Shown: in pieces, positions 35,921 to 48,910 of the stretch
Layout of the letters: every line of letters begins with the position of its first letter
Numbering within the stretch: the first letter of the stretch is position 1
Assembly: GCA_002104905.1 (NCBI GenBank)
Contig: MCFE01000479.1
Location: 1 to 64,000 of the forward strand
Source: Basidiobolus meristosporus CBS 931.73
Taxonomy: Eukaryota; Fungi; Basidiobolomycota
Direction: 5' to 3'
DNA: 64,000 nt
Notes under the pieces: model-generated
The model's database searches: none
What the model saw: the letters and a program-made list of their open reading frames with translations, nothing else
Told to the model about the DNA's origin: nothing
Program-made: the position numbers and the translations under genes

Positions 35921-36481
35921 CTATGCTATTTTCTCGGCAGCTGTATAAACGGCTGAAGAGCTCAAAGAATTGACAGTGTCCGACTTGAAAGCGCGGATGG
36001 CCTCCTTGGTTGATTGAAAATCCTCAGCATCCAACCAGTCCGCCTTTGTAGGCTGCGTGTTCCTTGTTGGGCCTTCTGATGGCACTTCCAGGCAACTTGA
36101 TCGAACGCTGTGGATTTTCAAGCCAACTGGATTGTGAATGGTGTCCTGCAGAACAGAGCGAATGGCTTCCTGCGTGTAGACCGAATCCTCCGAAACGCTC
36201 ATCCAATCCTTCTGAACGATGGTTGGGGTGATAGGTTCACATCCTTGGTGCATGTTTCTAGTTAAAGTAGTATTCCGCTGCCCAAAAGTATTGACGGTAT
36301 CCTCATTAATGGAGCGTATGGCTTCCTGCACGTAGTCATGACTTTCATCAGCATCCATCCAATCCTTTTGATTCGCCTGGCTAGCCCGCCTCGTGACGGA
36401 GTACGCCTTGACGCTGCTGATCATGGCGACCGGAGCAGGCCGAGCTAGTCGAGAAGCGATGACTTTGAGCATATGAGACAT
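35921..36481 (-). CDS. Uncharacterised 186-aa protein with a mitochondrial-type presequence and three internal repeats
   Basis: ATG-initiated ORF with a basic/hydroxylated, acid-free first ~35 aa and three DW...EAIR...DT repeats. Confidence 0.8.
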   Translation of the reverse strand: MSHMLKVIASRLARPAPVAMISSVKAYSVTRRASQANQKDWMDADESHDYVQEAIRSINEDTVNTFGQRNTTLTRNMHQGCEPITPTIVQKDWMSVSEDSVYTQEAIRSVLQDTIHNPVGLKIHSVRSSCLEVPSEGPTRNTQPTKADWLDAEDFQSTKEAIRAFKSDTVNSLSSSAVYTAAEKIA

Positions 36482-37329
36482 TAACGATTGGGTTCAACCT
36501 GAGAACAAGGGAGGTTGTCGCAAGGCAGCTAGAACCTGGTTTGGAGGTTGGTTATTTATATCCGGCAGCTGAAAGAACGGGGTACGATCTAGCCAATGGA
36601 ACGGTAAATTTGGTACATGTCGTGCTGGAAATGGGATGATACCGGAAGGTAGGCAAATAGATGGGCTTCCTAATCTCTCCTTGAAGATGCATAAATGGGT
36701 TCGAGATTGCTCCCCTCCCCTCACATAGGGCTTAGGGATTTTCAAGTAAACTTGAATTGAGAAGTTTAGAAACTTCAGAGATTAGATAGCAGCGCCACAT
36801 TCCTTTGTGCTTAAATTGGACATTAGTCAACATTGGTATCTGTTTGATGCTGGTGCTTGGTTGAATTGAGTCACTACCAGAGCAGGGACAAACCTACGCA
36901 ATATCATGTCCAACACATCGCTACTAATTTTAGCTTGACCCACAGCGAGTCTGGTATGGTCCATCGTAGGTGTTCGGAAGATTATACAATTATAGATCGC
37001 CTGGCTTGTGGCTTACATCAAGGCCAGTCCGGCACCCAACCGTTTGCTCTATAGGACGGTTCGACTGTGGTTTGGGGCAGCATATAAAAAACCTGTTCGG
37101 TGGATATCTATCAGTGCGGTATGGCGTGGTTTGAGATTCGTATCACGAATTGACCAAGCATTTTTCACACCCGAAATGTTCGCTCCAGTCAAGTCTACAC
37201 AAATCTTTCGGCACGAGATGATGCTCAAATGATGGCCATGCCTGTTTCATATGTTCCTACTTTATTGCTCCAACATCCTGCCTTGGTACTCGGGCCATAT
37301 TGATCCTCATCTGTTCAGTCGAAGCAGGC

Positions 37330-38548
37330 CTAAGGCTTGATTAGCTTTGTCATAATAAGCTCCTGAGGATTTCCTTTTCTAAGATGTTGAAGGCCAATAT
37401 CAAGAATAGCTCGTGCTTCTGCAGAAAGCTTTTTGCCCTCCCCCGCATCACACCAATTCCCTGACGCTCCTTCAATGATCAACTCAAGCCCGAAATGAGT
37501 ACAGCAGGACTCGTACAGCTCCTCCATATCCAAGGTATCTTTGGTCGAGGCGACGTAAGCCATAAAGAACTCTTGAAGGAGCGCCCGGACAGCATCCTTT
37601 ACAAGCTGATCTTTGGAGGTATGTCCTATTAGGAAGATATGAACTGCGAAATGAGATATCTCGATTCCAGGGGAGCTATATCCGAAAAACTCCCAATCTA
37701 TTAAAGAAAGATAAGGATTTGATTTAGTCCCGGAAATACATTCATCAATATACACCGATCCACTCCAGAAATCACCAAATGTCAATGCCTTCGCATTTGG
37801 CGTGTTTCTATCGATTACTGATTGCCCAAACTCTCTGGCCAGTTGACCAATGGCAGCAGAATCGGGGATTTCAGCATTTTCTAATATCCCTTCAACGCCC
37901 CCATAGACTACATCGGCAAGGACCTCACGAGAAGGTAGATTATCAAATGTCGGGCTAAGTTGTTCCCAATGCCTGTAACCAAATAAATGGATCTGTGCCA
38001 TGTAGAGACCAAGCAGTTTTCCGATATGGCCAGCACGTGAGGGGTCATCAGAAAGGCCGTTGAGCCATTTCTGAATATTGGGATGGTCGCCCATATCTTG
38101 CATGACAATCACATACTTTTCCTGGTCATAATGGAGAATTTCTGGAACACAGATAGTGCTAAACTGTTGCCTCACCGAATCATCAAGATAAACAGGAAGG
38201 GACAAGGCGGCAGGCACATCACGACCAGAAAAAAACGACAAAGCACGTGCCTCGAATTCCTAACCAAACAGAATTTAGAGTCATGTTCGGAGAGAAGAGC
38301 GAAAGGGGGGGGGGGGTTACCGTTCTTTCTTGCGAGAACTTGATCTCCGGATTGGACGAAAGATAAGGTAGGGACTGTTTTATAATCACTGACTTGGAAG
38401 CACCAGATTCCGCCATGGTCAACTGGACTCTCCACACGTAATTAATTAGGCCACCAGTAAGCTTTTGCGCATGGCTGAATGATCCTAGGCTAGCGAGGGT
38501 CGAATTAAGGTAAGAGACGGGATCAATAAGGTCGTTGGCGTGGGACAT
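37330..38548 (-). CDS. APH/choline-kinase-fold phosphotransferase, 5-methylthioribose kinase-like (2 exons)
   Basis: Motifs LTGGLINYVWR, VIIKQS.PY, ERT|EFEARAL across a phase-0 intron, VPEILHYD....IVMQDMG, FGDFWSGS and LIDWEF. Confidence 0.85.
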
Positions 38549-40279
38549 TTACAGATTGTTTACAAATATTTCGAGTTGTTCGTCCAACAAAACCAAGAGC
38601 ATTTATACCTCGAAATACCCCCGCCCCAGAAACCACTTTTCCGCAATCAGCCGTAGTGACGCAAACGCCCATTGATGAATTAAGGTTACGGAAGTGTAAA
38701 ATATTCCCAGACAATTAACCCACATTTATTAATACAGGCTTTTATTGATTATTCTGCTGGATTAGTTGTGAATTTTGATTAAACTTCAATGTGTGAATCA
38801 AACGTGGTTTCCACAGTAGAGCCGGATATGGTGAAAATCCAAAGCTAGACTTCCGTGCCGTACTAATCAAGTCCAGTTGTCATATATCAACATATTTTAA
38901 TCATCTTCCAAAAGACTGCTCATCTACGAGCTTGGCTTATCCTCTACAACTTCACGCTTCTTGAGGGCCTGTGCATATTCTTTTGCGCTATTCAAGGGGT
39001 TCATATCCCCTGATCCATTACAACAACAACCAATCCGCCAACCTTCAAGAGTCACTTTAACCTGGCAGATATTGGATATGAAATACTGCTTTATTCAGAT
39101 GAGCTGTTCGATACGTGTGGTGAATTCTGGAATGCAATTTAGGAGCACTGAGAGACCAAATGGGACTAATTCTACTCCCTAGGTCATGTGTGGCGAGAGG
39201 GTATGGCCAATGTTGTTCATATGCACATTTATTATTTGTTTACTCAATATTGACTCCAAGATTAATCTTCATTGGCAACAATGGTGGCCTGCACAATTTA
39301 CCCGACGGTGCACTTACCACACTCTTGCCCAAGAGGCCAACTAATACCTTGTTATCTCGCACATTTCAATCATATCATATTCTTGGGCAGGATCTCAATA
39401 CTTTTTCCACCATGCCACACGCCATACATCTCTGGTATAATTCGAGATCACACCCAGGCTCTTCAATTAATTCCCTGCGCATGCAAGGTTTATATTGTTC
39501 GTATACCGGAGCCAACATTGGTCAATACACCCTGCTGGTGTGTTGAGAATGCCTCTACTCTAACCGGATATCGCCAATTCCTCGGGGTGCACAACATCGA
39601 GCACTACCTGGGCAGGGCAAGAAAGACGACATTCATGCCTGGAGTCTGAACAATGTGTATGGTGATTTTGGGGTTGCGTGGTATTGCTAGATCGTTGACG
39701 ACTCCCTACTGCGAATTCTTGAGCATTTCTGAAAGTAGCACGAGGAGGTGCTTAGCTAAATGTTTCACCATTCTATTTTTACACCGGGTGATGGATGCAA
39801 ATCACCCATTACCCGACACGTAGAGTACCATGCTTTTCAATGTGCTAAATATAAATTGGTGTAAGGCAGATCTATTCAGGGCTAGTTACTCGAAAACACC
39901 GTTGCGTAGTGTGGGATAATTGTATGATTCTGTTCATCCTGCCCTTCCATTGCCTGGAATATTCAGCGAGGTACCAGCTCAGTCCAATGGATGCCCATCA
40001 CCCATCGGGATGATGGCCACTCCCCCATTCTTAAGGAACTTGAATTTCGATCCCTTTTTAGCCAGGTCACTGAATCCTGCTCCTCCGGGAGTTCACCTAA
40101 TTGGATACACTTTTATTCGGAATGGGTGGGGATTTCTCTCACCAGTCTCGAATATTTTGATTCATGGGTGATTTAGTAGAAATTTGATGTTTATCACGCG
40201 TACGATCAATATCGTAAATTCCATATATCATTGGCATCGGAAGCACTTCGCAACTCTAGTTGCCCACAAGAAACTCACT

Positions 40280-41637
40280 ATGTGGGAGATACTTCTACGG
40301 GTTGTTGCCATAGGTGTGTTGTACTATGCCAGTTTTCATGTCACCACCAAATATCCATCGCTCGAACGGTGTAACTGGATTCCATATGTAACTGGGTCGT
40401 TAATATTGTGCTTGGGTTACTACGTGTATAAATCCCTTTTCTCGGCACCATTTGTTTTCGTCAATCCCTCACGCAAAAGATGCAGAGTACGCTCCTGGAA
40501 TAGATTGCAACGTGTTACGTCCTCGCAATGTCGAAATGTTCTCCGTCTCTTCTCTCTATCCAACCTACGCTTGCTCTTTACTATCCTTACGCGAATTCGG
40601 ATCTTTTTCTTCTCGGGCCTTCAAAAAGTCGCTATTCCCGTGGAAGATTTTCATATACCCTCGTATTGGATTGGGGAATCTGAAGTACTGACCCATTTCT
40701 CTCCCAAAAGCCTTGATTTTATCATACTCTATGCGCATGGTATTCCACAGCTATATTTCAAGCTTACACTTAGGCTGAATTCTAACTCTTCGACTTGTCC
40801 CTCAGGCGGTGGCTTTTGTGTAGGAAATGCCATGATGCATGTACCTACCCAACTGGAGTGGTTGGCTGAAGTCAAGAAACGTCACGCTCTGACTGGCTGT
40901 ATATTTTCGCTTGAATACGGTAGCCACCTTATCGATAGCGCGTCTACTCCGCAAGAAACTTCCTCACTAACCCTCACTCCTTTAAATGTAGGCCTGGCAC
41001 CAGAGTGTATTTTCCCAAAGCCTATCTATCAAATGAAAGAGGCATACGAGTATTTGATCAACTCACTAAACATAAGCCCTTCCAAAATCATTCTCGGTAT
41101 GCACATCACACTCTTTAGATGAGTGCACCACAGTTCTTGGAGCTAACCATCCTCGTTACAGCTGGTGACTCTGCTGGTGGAAACATTGCGATCTCTAGCG
41201 CAGTCCGCATACGAGAGGCAGGGTTGCCCATGCCTGCAGGAATGATACTAATATCACCCTGGGTGGACCTTGATTCTGACTCGGAATCAGGGCTCCAAAA
41301 CCGAGACTTCGATATTCTTACTATCGAGTCGCTCGCAAATTGGGCTCATCTGTATATGGGGAAGAAGCCATTGGTCTCCGGATCACCGTTGTTTGCAGAT
41401 CTCGCAGGACTTCCGCCCATGCTGATCTTTGCTGGAGGCAAGGAGTTGATCATGGATGATATTCTGGAATTCGACCGTATGGTGACCCGCTGTGGTATCT
41501 ATGCTGACTTCGTGATTCTCTCAGATATGGTTCACTGCTGGCCGCTGTTCAAAGAATTCACGGGAGACAAGTTGCACCAAATGGCCACCGACATGATTGC
41601 CAAATTTGTGAATAGCTCGCTGAGCAAAGTGTTTTGA
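40280..41637 (+). CDS. Alpha/beta hydrolase_3 (HSL family; Say1-like steryl/acyl hydrolase) with N-terminal TM segments
   Basis: HG|GGF, Y|GLAPE and L|AGDSAGG are assembled across introns 40740-40805, 40920-40991 and 41097-41161. Also has ISPWVD, GGKE and HCW. Confidence 0.88.
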
Positions 41638-42237
41638 TATTGACAGCCGTTGACACCCTGGTGACCATCTCCGTCTCCTAGCGCCAGTGCGCAGCAAGCG
41701 TGTTCGCTCTCGTCGACTCCCCTTTTTGACATTTTATTCCCAAACTTTTGATCCGAATTGAATCTCTCTTGCATTCCATTCTGTTCACGTATAGCCATTT
41801 CTTCATGCAAACAATTTCCATGTATTCCTATTTTTCCATCAGGCCCTCACTGAACCACTGTTCTCGGATATTTAGCTACCTCTTCCCCCCAGCCTCCGCC
41901 GACCAGATGACACGTTCCCACGCAACTATGTTAAATTATTCCCTTCGTGCTATAGATAACCGGTATATTTTTCCAACCAAGCTTCTAGAGTGCTTTGGCT
42001 TGGCCAGATAAATGAAGCTATCGATTAAAATCCACGAAACACTACATTGTTGGCACATGCCATCGTCGTACTAAATCCACAATACCCTTGCTGCCTGATC
42101 AGTCAGTTTGATTCGGTAGATCCGGATGTTGGCACAACTATTGGTACCGGAGAAATCTACCCTATTAGTCGAAGAATCTATTTTCATAAAACCACTGACC
42201 TGGCGAAATTCTACTGTTTGCCTTGTCGCTTACTCAC

Positions 42238-43230
42238 ATGCACCTGAGGAACTTTTTTTCGAAGAGCGGGGCTTCTTTTCGCCTGAAAACCAATGGTCTC
42301 TCCTCCCTCGTCGCCCTGGGAAACCCCGCCGTCTTCCCGATTCACGAATGCGGTGCATTTCAGCGACAGATACGTTTTCGTGGTGCAAAGGCTGTCAAGC
42401 AGGTTCCCCAGTCCCTTCGCGGAACAAATAGCACCCAACTCGCCCCTGCTTGGGGTTTGGCCAACCTGTTGAAACGGAAAAAAACCTCCGGCACAAAGGA
42501 TTCCAACGCTGCCAAAGTGCCCACCGTAGGTAACAAGCCCCCAAGGCGTAAGGTATTGACGGTTTACGCACCCAAGCCTATACCGCAGCGTCGAGAGAAC
42601 CTTGCAAGTGCCAAATCAACAGAACTCACCCCGACCTACTTCAAGGAGCTGAAAAGTCTACCTGTGTATCTCATCAAGAATGAGCAGCAGCTGGAAAAGG
42701 CCATGAACTTATTAATCTCCACTTTCTCCAACAGCAGGGGTAAGCGGCCATATGTTGGTTTCGATACCGAACATCCAAACAGTGGGAAAGTGGCGGTTGT
42801 CCAGTTTGCTAACGACCAGATCGCACTGGTCATACAACTTCGATTCATCATGGAAAACAACGGGAGGGTATTCCCCAAAAGTTTAAAAGACCTTCTGGAG
42901 AACAAGAAAATCCTGAAGGTTGGGGTCAACTCAACTGGGGATGCCGTTTCGCTTGAAAGAGCATATCAAATACAATGCAAAGGGATTAGGAACATAGAGG
43001 ACCTTGCCCGCGAAACAGGCCTTGAACGACAAGGACTAGGCCTCAAGCGATTGTCCATTGAGTGTAGAATTGGCATGGGAGTAATCAAGCAGAGCACAGT
43101 GCGTAAACAATGGAACGCCCAAACCTTGCTCAAATCCGAGATCTTGTATGCCGTCAAAGATGCACTTGCCAGCTACCGCATTTTCAGCCGACTATTAAAC
43201 AACCCCGGAGGCACTAGACGAAACGCATAG
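42238..43230 (+). CDS. WRN/EXD2-type DnaQ 3'-5' exonuclease, intronless, with an Arg-rich N-terminal extension
   Basis: ExoI VGFDTE, ExoII KVGVNSTGDA, GLKRLS and ExoIII YAVKDA. Confidence 0.88.
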   Translation: MHLRNFFSKSGASFRLKTNGLSSLVALGNPAVFPIHECGAFQRQIRFRGAKAVKQVPQSLRGTNSTQLAPAWGLANLLKRKKTSGTKDSNAAKVPTVGNKPPRRKVLTVYAPKPIPQRRENLASAKSTELTPTYFKELKSLPVYLIKNEQQLEKAMNLLISTFSNSRGKRPYVGFDTEHPNSGKVAVVQFANDQIALVIQLRFIMENNGRVFPKSLKDLLENKKILKVGVNSTGDAVSLERAYQIQCKGIRNIEDLARETGLERQGLGLKRLSIECRIGMGVIKQSTVRKQWNAQTLLKSEILYAVKDALASYRIFSRLLNNPGGTRRNA

Positions 43231-43625
43231 AGAAAACACTACCAAAACATTCACTCCCTCTGGATGGCTGTACCCCCACATCCTCACAATTCATGTATCG
43301 CATTCATATCATCCCAACCCACCTTCACATAGAACCCTGATCGATTAAAAACCAACCACTCCCAACACCAAATGGAGTATCCAAAGCAATTGAACATGCG
43401 TTACCATGGCCAACTAAAGATCAGGTTGGTTTAGTTTAAAACTTGGTGGTATACTGGTTTAACACATGTCGGGGCTGACAATTGGACAACGCGAGAACCA
43501 CTAATGTCTCTTTCGCCATTTAAAAAAAGGAGTCTCCTCGGATGGTAACTGATTTATATCCAACAGAAAAAATATAAGGTGGCGACCGAGTGATCTCTTC
43601 AGAGGGAGAATAAGGGGTGGGGCGG

Positions 43626-44213
43626 TTATAACTTGCCGCGACGGTTTTGCTCCCACCTGGCCAACAGAGCCATTGTTTTTTCAACCCCGCCAGCTTTCTT
43701 AAATATCTCCTCGAATTGTTGTGAGAGGATTAGGTCTCCCTGGATCTTGAGTCTTCCGGTTACGTAGCCCTTGATGCCGTTGAGTCCCCCGGTGGCAAGA
43801 TTCACCAAATCCCTATCCTCCAATTCAATTCTAACCGATGGGAAGTTTGCGCCACCAGTAGTTTTGACGGGGACATTGGAAGGCCGCGTTTTCGATATTT
43901 CCGGGTTTTGGTCCCAACCTAATTAACGCGTTCTTAGAGTCGATTTCTAGCTGAGAGAGGAACAACCTACCTACCACGAAGCAAAATATACCTGAGGTGG
44001 TTGCAGCATATAAGACAATTGATTAGTAAGTAGGTGTTGGGCCACTAACGCGACTAGCAAGGGCACATACCACTCAGCTCTTTTCTGGCCCTTTCTGGTT
44101 ACAACCACGATAAATAAGCCCTGCATGTTTCCAAGCATATCCGGATTTGTCTTGAACTCTTTATCAAATGCGGGTAGTAACAGATCCGCCATCAATGGAC
44201 TTTCCTGGCTCAT
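43626..44213 (-). CDS. Stand-alone SCP2 sterol/lipid-binding domain protein (3 exons)
   Basis: AEW|YILLRG|W assembled across two introns. C-terminal DLVNLATGGLNGIKGYVTGRLKIQGDLILSQQF is typical of SCP2. Confidence 0.8.
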
Positions 44214-46254
44214 TCTCTACAAAAACAACGCTGGTCAAGGGTGAAAGGTATTCAGGTGAAATCCGGCCTCATCAGCGACTGCTATTTATTTCGCCAGTCA
44301 CGGCGGGATTCATGCCCCCTTGACTAGCCATGACCCCATGAGCATGTGTTTACTACCAACGACCAGTTTATTAGAGCGCTTGCTTGAATCAATCATAGTT
44401 CTCTTCCTTGTTGACATGTGATGAAGGTTTTTTGTGAGCGAAACTCTGCCAATAGAGAGACCCTTGCTGCTAGGACTTGATAATTGTCAAGTGTTGATGA
44501 CCATGATTGGTTTCAGGTATGATGACCCTAGGAAAAGCATGATTTGGTATTCAAGTCCGGTCGCAAGAATGCTTGTTTGGACTCAGATGAGTGACCATTT
44601 TTTGGCCGAATTTAAATCGCCAAGAGATGCCTGCACTTAATGCTACTCCATGCTATTGCTCCAATATAACCAGCCTCCCACCATGTTGTCTGATCACATC
44701 GTGGGCTGCGTTACTTCTACATAGGACACTTGATTTAGAGTGGCGGTCATTCAATGAGTGAGGGGGTGCATAAGCCGCGGTACATATTGGGTGGCCCAAA
44801 AGGTGGGCTTGAATAAATGGTAGCGCCTGGCTCTGACCAGAAAACTTATAATAACCTTAATAAAACCTCAACCAAGAGCCTGGAGCCTGGTGTCAAGTGA
44901 GATATTAACCCCACAAATGGATCTCCTACGCCGTGTATGTATGGAATCACAAGCAAGCCCTTTCAAACTAGCCACGGAACGCTTGTGCATTGGCGCTTTA
45001 CTCAAGTTTATATGGTGTTGATTTACATGTGCGTAACTTTGTGCATAAACTTAACTCAGGTGCCAAAGCAGTTCCATAGGCGGAATCCCTACAAACGCTA
45101 CATTGTATTTGTGTAGGCCACCAACTTTCAAACGTCAATGCGTAAAGGTGAACATCCCGTAACCCGAAAGCTGGCTCAGCTGGTGTGTCGAGAGGCTGTT
45201 CCTCGTAACAGCCGACATTTGAGCAGTGCCAACTCCAGCCCTTGAGTCAATCTCGATTTCTTTCCAAGATGGAATACGCATATATGCTTGAAATGATTTT
45301 CATCGTCGTCACCATTACCAAATGGATGTGATCTTCGAAGCTGAGCAATTTGACAATAATGGGCAACCCCACCCACTCTAGACCCCTGTGAGGACCACCC
45401 GTGGAGGACTAGAGGTTAAATTTTAGCTTGACACCTCAAGATTACGTTGCCTATTATGAACGGCAACAACGTTACGTTCATCGGAAGCAGAAAGCCCTTT
45501 CCTCTGCAGATGGAAATCCCCACTGGGAGCCGATTTGCTCCGTGGAATACAACGGATGAATTTGGATTAGCTCTTAGGCAGAGGCTAACCTTGATACTAA
45601 CACTGCTTGATAGACCTGACCGAAATGCCACCCAACAAGATCACGTCTGGCCAGCAGCAGAGCACGATATTCGTAGGTCCTCAAGAGGTTGGGGGATTGG
45701 GGATAGGCAGAACTTCAGGGTTGGTTGGCGAGTTCGAACTCTGTCAACATAGGTTGGCTGGCTCTTGTTACACCAATACACATCGTGACACAATGGATCA
45801 AGATGAACCATATCTTGCTCCATTTAACAAGCAATTGTTTTGTGCAGGTGGGAGACACTGGTCGCTGGTTCAGCTGGCTTCATGGGTATCCTGCACCCGC
45901 TTGCGCAATTCCATCCATCTCGCTCTATTCAAGGGTCCGTCCTAATTGACATTTGAAATCAACCCCCTGATAGGCTGAGGCGCTTTTTGGGGGATATCAT
46001 AAAATGCCATATTCAGAAAGGTTACCGAAAGATAGATGTTCATCTGGTACTGCGTGAGACTTCACTGTACTTATACAGGCGCTCGATAAATTACGGTAAT
46101 CCGCCATCGCAGTATTAATAATCAACGCGAATTCCGATAAATCCTGAATACGTAATATGATTTCTGGAAAATTTCCTATCGAGTTGTATAAATAATATGC
46201 TAGCTTCACGGGGGAAGGCTTGTCAAAGGTTGGAGATAGTTGAATTATTACACC

Positions 46255-47776
<1,522 letters not shown>

Positions 47777-48418
47777 GCATGTTTGTCTACTTTCTGCAAT
47801 CAACCCATCAATGCGATTTGTTAAATATGTTGGCAATAAGTAAACACAAAGTTCTATAGTTGCAACCTTCAAATCAAGCGAAAGCGGAAGTAGTCGAACA
47901 AATGGATATCCGAATTCAATATAGCATCAGCAGATCCCATATGCGTGTGCTGATGGATTCTGTCCAGTTGCGTGGGAAATCAAAGATTAATCGAAATTCT
48001 GGAAAGATTACCTGGACTTCCTGCTTTCCAATCCACTCTGCTGGTTATATTTACGGAACCACGCCATTGGATTGAGGAGGACAATTTAATTCCAATTGAG
48101 TCAAGCGCCGTGAATCCACCAGCTACATGGTGATGAATTTAACATAGCGTTACCCACCAGATTGGCCCAGCACAAATGATGATTAACTCTGCGTTGGCGA
48201 AGAGTGCGCCCTATGCATTGATTGGTGTGGAGTGCGCTGAGCTGTTGACATGATGTTTGTGTGTAAAGAAGAATATCAAACATACTGTTGTTTACCAAGT
48301 TGAAAGTCACTGAGACGGTGATCATTTGCCACAAGGCAAACCTCGAGAGTATAAATTAATAACCTCTGAACGGTGGATATGTCAACCTTGAAATCATTCT
48401 CCTTATCTGTGAAATTTA

Positions 48419-48910
48419 ATGCGCTCCATGAAAGTCTTCTCGTGTTTTCTGTTCGGCTTCATCCTCGTCTCATTCACCCACGGTGGAGTTACCGTTTATC
48501 TCCCGGATGCTGGCAAAGAAAATACATGCGAGAACACGGTGACCTATAACCAATGCCGTTATAATGCGTTGGCAATGAGTTGCTCAGACACGGATCAGTT
48601 GTGTAATTGTAAACAGGCGCAACGCTTTGTACAATGCTTCCCGTTCTGCACCAAGGACGCGGGAATCTCTGCTTTGGAAACTGCACAAAAGGGGGAGGTA
48701 GACAAATTTTGCCACGGCCTGCCTGCAAGTTTGACTTCCCTCCTGCCAGCTGCCACGATGCAGTCGTCAGCGAGCTCTCAACCCTCGAGCACATATCCGC
48801 TAAGTAGCACTCCCAATTCCATTCTTAGCGCTGCACCTAACCCTGCTGGGAACATGATGGCAGGATCCCTATTGCTATCATGCATCCTACTGGTTTTAAC
48901 ACTGATGTAA
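48419..48910 (+). CDS. Small secreted, probably GPI-anchored 8-Cys protein (CFEM-like)
   Basis: Signal peptide, 8 Cys including DQLCNC, a Ser/Thr/Pro-rich stalk and a hydrophobic C-terminal tail. Confidence 0.8.
   Translation: MRSMKVFSCFLFGFILVSFTHGGVTVYLPDAGKENTCENTVTYNQCRYNALAMSCSDTDQLCNCKQAQRFVQCFPFCTKDAGISALETAQKGEVDKFCHGLPASLTSLLPAATMQSSASSQPSSTYPLSSTPNSILSAAPNPAGNMMAGSLLLSCILLVLTLM

Noticed and set aside
38304-38316. G homopolymer run (a similar one lies near 49090)
   Set aside because: Intronic or intergenic homopolymers with no supporting structure.
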